Below, piece after piece: positions 1 to 8,061 of a stretch of 64,000 nucleotides of DNA. Origin of the DNA: Burkholderiaceae bacterium (GTDB lineage Bacteria > Pseudomonadota > Gammaproteobacteria > Burkholderiales > Burkholderiaceae_C). How positions within the stretch are numbered: the first letter of the stretch is position 1; every line of letters starts with the position of its first letter. The translations under genes were made by a program, and so were the position numbers. The notes below the pieces were generated by a model. The model made no database searches. It was not told where the DNA came from and saw only the letters and a list, made by a program, of their open reading frames with translations. Where the stretch lies: assembly GCA_018780645.1 (NCBI GenBank), contig JADMJJ010000040.1, positions 28,346 through 92,345 of the forward strand, given 5' to 3'.

Positions 1-1956
1 AATCTGGACCGTGGCGAAATGACCCAGCAGATTGCCCGCGCTCAACAGCGTGAAGCTGCCGGCGCCAAAGCCATTGAGCAGACTGACCTGCAGCGTGCCG
101 CCGAGGAAGGCGGTGCCGCTGATGTTGAGCCAGTCGGCCGCACCGAAGCCGACGTCGAGGTCCAGCGCACCGGTCGGGAACTGGGCGAAACTGCCCAGCA
201 CGCTCAGGGTGCCGATCGAGTTCTCGCCCGGCGCCACATGGCCGGCCTGGTTCAGCAGATCGCCACCGATGATGGCATTGCCGGCCAGTGTGCCGCCGTA
301 GACCGCCACGTCCCCGCTACCGAAGGCATTGGCGGAGCGGCCGACCAACGTGCCACCGAACACTTCCACGCCGCCCGAGAACGTGTTGTCGCCGCTCAGC
401 ACCAGGGTGCCCGCACCCGATTTGGCCAGGCTGCCCTCATACAGGCGGGCATTGCGCGCCGCTTCGCGCGCCACGCCCATCGTGTACTCGGTCTGCTCGT
501 CGGCGGTGGCGCCGGGCGGCAGGCCGTTGGTCCAGCCCTTGGTCACCTTGGTCGTCTGCCAGCTGGCGGCCTCGGCCTGGTCTTCCAGCTTGCGCGCCTT
601 GATCGCCACGTCGGAGATGTTGTTGGACCAGGTGTCGTTCTGCCCCTGCGTGTTGACGGCGAACTTGCCGAGGAACTGGCCCGGGCCGTTCATCGCGTTC
701 TTCAGGCTGATCGTGCCCCAGCCGTTGCGGGCATCGGGCACCAGCGTGTTCTGGCCGGCTGTGGGGTTGGCAATGGCCGTGCCGATGGCATTGTTGATGG
801 TGCCGTTCTGGATACCGGTGGTCTTCATCACCTCCAGCGCCTGGGCATTGGTCATGTAGCCGAAGCGCTCCATGATCACAGCCAGCGAGCCGGAGGCATG
901 GGGCGCGGCCATCGAGGTGCCCGACAGGCTGGAGTAGGTGGCCGCCGTGCCGGCGCCGTTGACTGTGCTGCCGTTGATGGCGTTGCCCGGTGCCGTCATG
1001 CAGGACCACTTTTCCATGCCGCACTGGTTGTACAGGTGGGCGCCGGGCACATTGACCGAGCCGTCGGCATTCAGCGTCTGGCCCACGGCCGAACCGCTGA
1101 TCGTCAGGTTCTGACGGATCGCTGCCACGGCCAGCCAGTTCGACTCCAGCTCGGGCATGAAATAGGGCAGGCCGGAGCGGGCGCTGGCGTTGGCAAAGCC
1201 GGTGTTGCCGGCGCTGAAGACCATCACCGTGCCGGTCTTGGCGGCGTCGATGGCGCCCTTCATCCAGACATCGTCGCGGGCCAGAAAGCCCCAGGCGCCG
1301 ATCAGGCCGGCGACGCCGGTGGCGCTCGGGCCGAGGGTGTTGTACTGCTCGCTATTGGGCTGGCTGCCCCAGCTGGTGCTGATGATGCGCACGCCCTGGG
1401 CATTGACGCCGCGATAGACATCGGCCACATAGCCCTGCTCCAGGGTCTGCGCAGCGGTCTGCGTGACCTGGGGCAGGCCGAACAGCACGCCGTCGGTCTT
1501 GTGGGTGTTACCCACATAGAGATCGGCATTGAAGGCCACGCCATGGAAGTTGCTGGCGCCGCCGATGCTGCCGTCGCGCGAGGCGGCAATGGTGCCCGAG
1601 ACATGGGTGCCGTGGGTGTCGTTATAGGCCGCGTTCTGGGCGCCCGAGATGCCGTTGACCGTGACCGCGTGGTAGCGCGACGCGCTCAGCTGCGGGTGCA
1701 GGTCGTAGTAGCCCGAGTCCACCATGCCGACCTTGATGCCGGCGCCGCTGTAGCCGGCCGCGTAGGCGAATTCGGCGCCGATGGAGCGCAGGCCCCAATC
1801 CCGAAGGAACTCGGCAGTGCGCCAGCTGGCCGGATCACCCAGCATGCCGGGGTCGCCCGGGTAGGTGACGATGGCTTGCGCCTGCAGCGTGGCGAAACCG
1901 CTCAGCATGAGCGCCGCCAGGCGGGTGATTTGCAGTGGGGTTCGGGTGAGCTTCAT
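1..1956 (-). CDS. S8 (subtilisin-family) serine peptidase, secreted, with autotransporter-associated beta-strand repeats; the C-terminal part runs off the window start
   Basis: Absent from the ORF track because it is open at the window edge. My reverse-complement translation from the ATG at 1954-1956 gives the signal peptide MKLTRTPLQITRLAALMLSGFATLQAQA. The subtilase triad blocks follow: VGMVDSG (Asp), HGTHVSGTIAA (His), SGTSMAAPHASG (Ser). Around 300-420 it reads GAGTLVLSGDNTFSGGVEVFGGTLVG, a PATR-type repeat. Confidence 0.85.
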   Translation of the reverse strand, partial: MKLTRTPLQITRLAALMLSGFATLQAQAIVTYPGDPGMLGDPASWRTAEFLRDWGLRSIGAEFAYAAGYSGAGIKVGMVDSGYYDLHPQLSASRYHAVTVNGISGAQNAAYNDTHGTHVSGTIAASRDGSIGGASNFHGVAFNADLYVGNTHKTDGVLFGLPQVTQTAAQTLEQGYVADVYRGVNAQGVRIISTSWGSQPNSEQYNTLGPSATGVAGLIGAWGFLARDDVWMKGAIDAAKTGTVMVFSAGNTGFANASARSGLPYFMPELESNWLAVAAIRQNLTISGSAVGQTLNADGSVNVPGAHLYNQCGMEKWSCMTAPGNAINGSTVNGAGTAATYSSLSGTSMAAPHASGSLAVIMERFGYMTNAQALEVMKTTGIQNGTINNAIGTAIANPTAGQNTLVPDARNGWGTISLKNAMNGPGQFLGKFAVNTQGQNDTWSNNISDVAIKARKLEDQAEAASWQTTKVTKGWTNGLPPGATADEQTEYTMGVAREAARNARLYEGSLAKSGAGTLVLSGDNTFSGGVEVFGGTLVGRSANAFGSGDVAVYGGTLAGNAIIGGDLLNQAGHVAPGENSIGTLSVLGSFAQFPTGALDLDVGFGAADWLNISGTAFLGGTLQVSLLNGFGAGSFTLLSAGNLLGHFATVQI

Positions 1957-2201
1957 CGGGGTTCCTCTCTGATGTTGTTGGGCCGACCTGACCCAGCCGT
2001 CGGCTTGCGTCACCTCGGCGAATTCATCGTAGTCATGACGCGCCGAAAAGTGTGCGTTTTTTCACGCTCTTGTCATGGGGTGGGCGATGCACGCCCATCT
2101 GCCTGACCTGACCCTCGAAAAGTTGTGCGCTATGCGGCCGGATACGGGTCATTCCCGATACCGGCGTCAATAAGCGCAAACCCACCGATAATCCGCGCCT
2201 C

Positions 2202-5200
2202 GTGAATCCATTGCCCCCGCCTCCGCCCAAGCCCGCCCAGCCGCCCAGGACCCGCGCACCTCGCCCCGAGCGAGGGCCCGTGGTCGCCACGCCGCTGCCG
2301 CCCATCACCTTCCCCGAATCGCTGCCCGTCAGCGAGCGGCGGGAGGACATCGCCCGCGCGATGTCCGAGCACCAGGTCATCATCGTCTGCGGTGAGACGG
2401 GCTCGGGCAAGACCACCCAGCTGCCCAAGATCGCGCTGGCTTTGGGGCGCGGGCAGGCCAACACCGGCAAGCTGATCGGCCACACGCAGCCGCGGCGGAT
2501 TGCCGCCAGCAGCGTGGCCAAGCGCATTGCCGAGGAGCTGAAGTCGCCGCTGGGCGAGGTGGTCGGCTTCAAGGTGCGCTTCCAGGACCGGCTGCAGCCG
2601 GGCGCCTCGGTCAAGCTGATGACAGACGGCATTCTGCTGGCCGAAACGCAGACCGACCCGCTGCTCAAGGCCTACGACACCATCATCATCGACGAGGCCC
2701 ACGAGCGCTCGCTGAACATCGATTTCCTGCTCGGCTATCTGCGTGAGGTGCTGCCACGCCGCCCGGACCTGAAGGTGGTGGTGACCTCGGCGACGATAGA
2801 CGCCGAGCGCTTCGCCAACCACTTCGCCTCGGCCAAGGGACCGGCCCCGGTGCTGACGGTATCCGGCCGCCTGTTCCCGGTCGAGCAGCGCTACCGCCCG
2901 TTCGAGGAAAGCCGCGAGTACGACGTCAACAATGCCATCGTCGACGCCGTCGACGAGCTGTGGCGCGAGGGTGCGGGCGATGTGCTGGTGTTTCTGCCCG
3001 GCGAGCGCGAGATCCGCGAGGCGGCCGAGGCGCTGCGCAAGCACCATCCGCCCGGTGTGGACGTGCTGCCGCTGTTCGCGCGGCTGTCGCCGCAGGAGCA
3101 GGACAAGGTGTTCGAGCCGCACGGCCAGCGCCGCATCGTGCTGGCCACCAACGTTGCGGAAACCTCGCTGACGGTGCCCGGCATCCGTTACGTGATCGAC
3201 CCCGGCCTGGCGCGTGTCAAACGCTACAGCTACCGCAACAAGGTCGAGCAGCTGCAGATCGAGGCGATCAGCCAGGCCGCGGCGAATCAGCGGGCCGGCC
3301 GCTGTGGGCGGGTGTCCAACGGCATCTGCGTGCGGCTGTATGCCGAGAAGGAGTTCAACGAGCGGCCGCGCTTCACCGATCCCGAGATCCTGCGCTCGTC
3401 GCTGGCCGGCGTGATCCTGCGCATGAAGGCGCTGCACCTGGGCCAGGTGGAAGACTTCCCCTTCATCGAACCGCCACCGCGCAAGGCGATTGCCGACGGC
3501 TACCAGCTGCTCAACGAGCTGGGTGCCGTCGATGAGCGCAACGAGCTGACGCCCATCGGCAAGGAGCTGTCCAGGCTGCCGCTGGACCCGCGGGTGGGCC
3601 GCATGATTCTCGAGGCCAAGGACCGCCACGCGCTGGACGAGGTGCTGATCATTGCCAGCGCCCTGACCGGCCAGGACGTGCGTGACCGGCCGATGGAGCA
3701 GCAACAGGCCGCCGACGAGAAGCACAAGAAGTTCGACGACGAGAAGTCGGAGTTCATGGGCTATCTGAAGCTGTGGAAATGGCTGGAGGAATCGAAAGGC
3801 GGTTCGGGCGAACACAAGCTCAGCCACCGCCGCTACGAGGCGCTCTTGAGAGAGAACTTCGTCAGCGTGCGCCGCGTGCGCGAATGGCGCGATATCCACT
3901 CGCAGCTGCACACGGTGGTGGCCGAGCACGGCTGGCGGCTCAATGGCAGCGCCGCCACCTACGAGCAGGTGCACCTGTCGATGCTGGCCGGCCTGCTGGG
4001 CAATATCGGCCTGAAGAGCGAAGAGGACGATTGGTACCTGGGCGCACGCGGCATCAAGTTCTGGCGCCATCCCGGTGCGCATCTGAGCAAGAAGCCGGGG
4101 CGCTGGATCGTTGCCTCCGAGCTGGTGGACACGACCCGCGTCTTCGGCCGCGGCATTGCCAATATCGAGCCGCAGTGGATTCCGCAGATGGCCGGCCATC
4201 TGCTGAAGGTGCAGCTGCTGGAGCCGCACTGGGAAAAGAAGGCCGCCGAGGTGATCGCGCTAGAGCGGGCCACCTTGTACGGCATCGTCATCTACAGCAA
4301 TCGGCGGGTGAACTTCGGCAATGTCGATGCCCCGGCCGCGCGCGAGATCTTCATCCGCGAGGCCCTGGTCAATGGTGACTGGGAGACGCGGCTGCCCTTC
4401 GTGTCGCACAACCAGAAGCTGATACGCCAGGTCGAGGAGCTGGAGCACAAGTCGCGCCGGCAGGACGTGCTGGTCGATGACGAGCTGATCTACGCCTACT
4501 ACGACCAGCAGCTGCCGGCCGACGTCTGCTCGGGCGCCAGCCTGGAGCGCTGGTACCGGGTGGCGTCGCGAGAGAACCCCAAGGTGCTGCACCTCAGCCG
4601 CGAGGAGCTGATGCGCCACGAGGCGGCCGGCATTACCGTGGCCAGCTTCCCAAAGACCTTGCGCCTGGGCGGCGTCGATTGCGCCACCAGCTATCTGCAC
4701 CAGCCCGGTGATGCCCGCGACGGCGTGACGGTGACGGTGCCCATCTACGCCTTGAACCAGGTCAGCGAGGAGCGCTGCGAATGGCTGGTGCCGGGCATGC
4801 TGAAAGACAAGCTGCTGGCCTTGTTGAAGAGCCTGCACCAGCGCCCCCGCTCGCGCCTGGTGCCGCTGCCCGACTACGTGGCGGAGTTCGTCGAAATGAA
4901 CCCGTTCGCCCAGGGCAGCCTGCTCGATGTGCTGCTCAAGGCGGTGCGCGACCGCACGCAGATCGCCGTGCAGCGCAATGACTTCAAGGTCGAGCAGGTG
5001 CCGGTGCATCTGTTCATGAACTTCCTGATCGTCGACGAGCATGGCCGACAGCTGGGCATGGGCCGCAATCTGGCGGCGCTGAAGGCCGAGCTGGGCAGCA
5101 AGGCACGCTCTGCCTTCCAGGCGCTGGCGGCGCTGAAGCTGCCGGCGACCGCGGCCGCGCCATCAACTGCAGCCCCCGCCGCATCGGTCAAGGGTGGGCC

Positions 5201-6092
5201 TCAGCGTGTGCCTGCGCCGGACAAACCAGTCAAGGAAACCCCGGCGGCGACCTACACCAACTGGACCTTCGGCGAGCTGCCCGAGCTGATGGAGGTGAGG
5301 AAGGGCGCGCAGACACTGATCGGCTTCCCGGCGCTGATAGACCGTGGCGCGCACGTCGAGATCGAGGTCTTCGACGAACCCGATGTGGCCGCCGCCAAGC
5401 ATGGCCTGGGCCTGCGCCGGCTGGTGGCGCTGCAGCTGAAGGAGCCGCTGAAGTACCTGGAGAAGAACATTCCGGATCTGCAGAAGATGTCGGTGTACTT
5501 CATGCCCTTGGGTTCAGCGGATGAGTTGCGCGAGCAGATCATCGGCGTGGCACTGGACCGGGCCTTTCTGGCCGATCCGCTGCCCACCGACGAGTTCGCC
5601 TTCAAGCGCCGCATCGAGGAGGGCCGCACGCGGCTGAACCTGATCGCCCAGGAGGTGGCCCGCCTGACCGGCGTGGTGTTGATCGACTACGCCGCCGCCG
5701 CGCGCAAGCTCAAGGACAGCCGGCCGGCCAAGGAGGTGGCCGACGACATCCAGGCCCAGCTGCAGCGTCTTTGCCCCAAGAACTTCGTCACGGCCACGCC
5801 CTGGGCCCAGCTGCAGCACCTGCCTCGCTACCTCAAGGGCATCGTCATGCGGCTGGACAAGCTGCGCGCCGATCCGGCCCGCGACAGCCAGCGCCTGGCC
5901 GAGCTGCGGCCGATGGAGCAGCGCTATCTGCGGCGCCTGTCCGAGCTGAAGGGCACGCATGACGGCCGCGTGGACGATTTCCGCTGGCAGCTCGAGGAAC
6001 TGCGCATCAGCCTGTTCGCCCAGGAGCTGCGCACGCCGCAGCCGGTGAGCGTGAAAAGGTTGGAGAAAGTCTGGGCCCAGATCACGCAATGA
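2202..6092 (+). CDS. hrpA: ATP-dependent RNA helicase HrpA (DEAH-box)
   Basis: 1296-aa ORF with a GTG start. Walker A GETGSGKTTQLPK and DEAH box IIIDEAHERS are present, with the long HrpA-type C-terminal extension. Confidence 0.95.
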   Translation: MNPLPPPPPKPAQPPRTRAPRPERGPVVATPLPPITFPESLPVSERREDIARAMSEHQVIIVCGETGSGKTTQLPKIALALGRGQANTGKLIGHTQPRRIAASSVAKRIAEELKSPLGEVVGFKVRFQDRLQPGASVKLMTDGILLAETQTDPLLKAYDTIIIDEAHERSLNIDFLLGYLREVLPRRPDLKVVVTSATIDAERFANHFASAKGPAPVLTVSGRLFPVEQRYRPFEESREYDVNNAIVDAVDELWREGAGDVLVFLPGEREIREAAEALRKHHPPGVDVLPLFARLSPQEQDKVFEPHGQRRIVLATNVAETSLTVPGIRYVIDPGLARVKRYSYRNKVEQLQIEAISQAAANQRAGRCGRVSNGICVRLYAEKEFNERPRFTDPEILRSSLAGVILRMKALHLGQVEDFPFIEPPPRKAIADGYQLLNELGAVDERNELTPIGKELSRLPLDPRVGRMILEAKDRHALDEVLIIASALTGQDVRDRPMEQQQAADEKHKKFDDEKSEFMGYLKLWKWLEESKGGSGEHKLSHRRYEALLRENFVSVRRVREWRDIHSQLHTVVAEHGWRLNGSAATYEQVHLSMLAGLLGNIGLKSEEDDWYLGARGIKFWRHPGAHLSKKPGRWIVASELVDTTRVFGRGIANIEPQWIPQMAGHLLKVQLLEPHWEKKAAEVIALERATLYGIVIYSNRRVNFGNVDAPAAREIFIREALVNGDWETRLPFVSHNQKLIRQVEELEHKSRRQDVLVDDELIYAYYDQQLPADVCSGASLERWYRVASRENPKVLHLSREELMRHEAAGITVASFPKTLRLGGVDCATSYLHQPGDARDGVTVTVPIYALNQVSEERCEWLVPGMLKDKLLALLKSLHQRPRSRLVPLPDYVAEFVEMNPFAQGSLLDVLLKAVRDRTQIAVQRNDFKVEQVPVHLFMNFLIVDEHGRQLGMGRNLAALKAELGSKARSAFQALAALKLPATAAAPSTAAPAASVKGGPQRVPAPDKPVKETPAATYTNWTFGELPELMEVRKGAQTLIGFPALIDRGAHVEIEVFDEPDVAAAKHGLGLRRLVALQLKEPLKYLEKNIPDLQKMSVYFMPLGSADELREQIIGVALDRAFLADPLPTDEFAFKRRIEEGRTRLNLIAQEVARLTGVVLIDYAAAARKLKDSRPAKEVADDIQAQLQRLCPKNFVTATPWAQLQHLPRYLKGIVMRLDKLRADPARDSQRLAELRPMEQRYLRRLSELKGTHDGRVDDFRWQLEELRISLFAQELRTPQPVSVKRLEKVWAQITQ

Positions 6093-6116
6093 GCGGGGGC
6101 CTGGGTTCCTCCCGCT
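6092..6116 (+). terminator. Possible intrinsic terminator hairpin after hrpA
   Basis: AGCGGGGG (6092-6099) can pair with CTCCCGCT (6109-6116), 8 bp including one G-T wobble, with a 9-nt loop. The tail TTCAACTTGTT is only moderately T-rich. Confidence 0.3.
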
Positions 6117-6177
6117 TCAACTTGTTACATATATGCCGAAATAGGGCGCAATTGCCGCATTGATCGGGGCATGAGCA

Positions 6178-8007
6178 TTGCATGCGCTTGTTTCAATGCG
6201 TACTGTCATGCTTCGCCCCTCACGCCCTGCCTCTATGACCTTGCCGCCCCAAACGCCCTCGGCCACGCCTCAAGTCGAGGCCAACCGTGCGCCGCTGCGG
6301 CGCTTCGGGCGATTCGAGTTGCGAGCGCTGTTGGGGAAATGCTCGCGCAGCATGAGCTGGCTGGTGTTCGACCCCCGCGCCGGCCAGGAGCTGATACTGA
6401 TGCTGCCGCGGGTGGCGCCGGCCAACCAGGGCGAGATCGAGCAGTGGCAGCGGCAGCTGCGGCTGGCCTCGCGCCTGAGCCATCCGAATCTGGCCCATGT
6501 GATCGACATCGGCCAGCAGGATCAGTGGCCTTTTGTCACCTATGACCGCGCCCTGGGCGAGACGCTGGAAGAACGGCTGCGCCGTCAGCCCAACCCGCTG
6601 GGCACCGAGATGGCGCACTGGATCTGCCAGGCGCTGGAAGGCCTGGCCTTTGCCCACGAGGCCGGCCTGTCGCACCGCAGCCTGCAGCTCAGCAGCCTGC
6701 TGATCAACGAGGCCGACCAGGTCCATGTGGCCGGCATCGAGGTGGCGCCGGAGCCGGAGGTCGATACCGGGGATGGTGCCGGCATCGGTGGCATCTCCAG
6801 TGACCGGCGTCGCCGCCAGCGCGACGAGGCCGAGGCCGACCTGGTCGCCATCGGCGTGATCATGCAGCGCGTGCTGACCGGCCAGAATGTGCTCGACGAG
6901 GCCGATGTGCAGTTGGTGCTCGCCCGAATGTTCCCGAATGGCAAGGAGCTGGTTCGCCTGCCCTGGGGCATGCCCCAGCCGGTGCCCGAGGCGCTGCGTG
7001 CCATCGTCAACCGCAGCACCGACCGGCAGCCCCGCCAGCGTTACCACAATGCCCGCACGTTGCACCGTGCGCTCGACGGCTGGCGCTCCGATGCCTCCCG
7101 CGAGGGCGGCGGCCCGGCCGCCTTGCTGCTGGAGCGCATGGGCCGCTACGGCCATCTGCCGGCCATGCCGGGCGTGGCGTCCAGGGTCAGCCGCCTGGCG
7201 CGGATGGAGCAGCAGCACACCAGCGAGGTCTCGCAGCTGGTGCTGCAGGACATGGCGCTGACCCTGGAGCTGCTGCGCAATGTCAATTCGGCCAGTCTGC
7301 GTGGCATGACGGCCAGCAGCGGCGGTCCGGTGCTGAACATGCAGCGGGCCATCGCCATGCTGGGGCTCGATGGCGTCAAGCGCGGCGCCTCGGCGCTGCG
7401 CGAATGGCCGGGCCCGCTGAACGAAACCCATGCCCAGGCCCTGATGGGCTTGATGGAACGGGTGAAGCGGGCCGGCGATTTGGCCCAGGCGCTGCGCCCG
7501 GCGGGTTATGACGCCGAGGTGATCTACCTGATCACGCTGCTGCAGAACCTGGGCCGCTTGCTGGTGCAGTATCACTTCCCGGACGATGCGCTGCAGATCC
7601 GACAGTTGATGCAGCCGCAGCCGGCCACGCCGGAGCAGCCCAATCCGACCGTGATGACCGAGACCGGAGCCTCCTATGCCGTGTTGGGCATAGACATCGC
7701 CGCGCTGGGCGCCGCCGCGGCCCAGCACTGGGGTCTGCCGGAGGAGGTGCTGCACATGATCCGCCGCGCCGCGCCCGATGCGCCCATTCACACGCCGGAC
7801 AGCGACGCGGAGACCCTCCGACTGACCGCCAGTCTTGCCAATGACATGGTCGATGTCCTGCAACTGCCCAGTCCCAAAATCGTGGGCGCGCTCGACCAGT
7901 TGGCCAAGCGCTACGGTCGCGCGCTGGGCCTGGGCTTGAAGGAGCTGCACGAGGCCTTGGCGCCCCCGGCTGGCAAGCCCGCCGAGCACAAAAACGCTAA
8001 AAACTAG
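6178..8007 (+). CDS. Hanks-type protein kinase-like (predicted pseudokinase) fused to an HDOD domain
   Basis: The N-terminal half aligns block for block with the kinase domain of the next gene, but the catalytic residues are replaced: LILMLPR for VAVKVLL, SHRSLQLSSLLI for VHRDLKPSNILL, VAGIEVA for VMDFGIA. The C-terminal half is HDOD-like (LPAMPGVASRVSRL...LVLQDMALTLELLRNVNSA). The start is uncertain: TTG at 6178, or in-frame ATGs at 6196, 6208 and 6235. Confidence 0.75.
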   Translation: MHALVSMRTVMLRPSRPASMTLPPQTPSATPQVEANRAPLRRFGRFELRALLGKCSRSMSWLVFDPRAGQELILMLPRVAPANQGEIEQWQRQLRLASRLSHPNLAHVIDIGQQDQWPFVTYDRALGETLEERLRRQPNPLGTEMAHWICQALEGLAFAHEAGLSHRSLQLSSLLINEADQVHVAGIEVAPEPEVDTGDGAGIGGISSDRRRRQRDEAEADLVAIGVIMQRVLTGQNVLDEADVQLVLARMFPNGKELVRLPWGMPQPVPEALRAIVNRSTDRQPRQRYHNARTLHRALDGWRSDASREGGGPAALLLERMGRYGHLPAMPGVASRVSRLARMEQQHTSEVSQLVLQDMALTLELLRNVNSASLRGMTASSGGPVLNMQRAIAMLGLDGVKRGASALREWPGPLNETHAQALMGLMERVKRAGDLAQALRPAGYDAEVIYLITLLQNLGRLLVQYHFPDDALQIRQLMQPQPATPEQPNPTVMTETGASYAVLGIDIAALGAAAAQHWGLPEEVLHMIRRAAPDAPIHTPDSDAETLRLTASLANDMVDVLQLPSPKIVGALDQLAKRYGRALGLGLKELHEALAPPAGKPAEHKNAKN

Positions 8008-8061
8008 CATTGCCAGGCCTCTCGCCGTCTGGCGGGCCCAAAAGAAGAATAGATTCCAGCC

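Noticed and set aside
19-2106. 695-aa plus-strand ORF covering the first 2 kb
   Set aside because: The composition is Ala/Gly/Arg/His-rich with no motifs. The opposite strand encodes a clear S8 subtilase with Asp/His/Ser triad blocks and a signal peptide. This is a typical GC-rich shadow ORF.
2130-4229. 699-aa minus-strand ORF antisense to hrpA
   Set aside because: It is antisense to an unambiguous DEAH helicase. The sequence is low-complexity (L/Q/R/A/H) with no recognisable domain.
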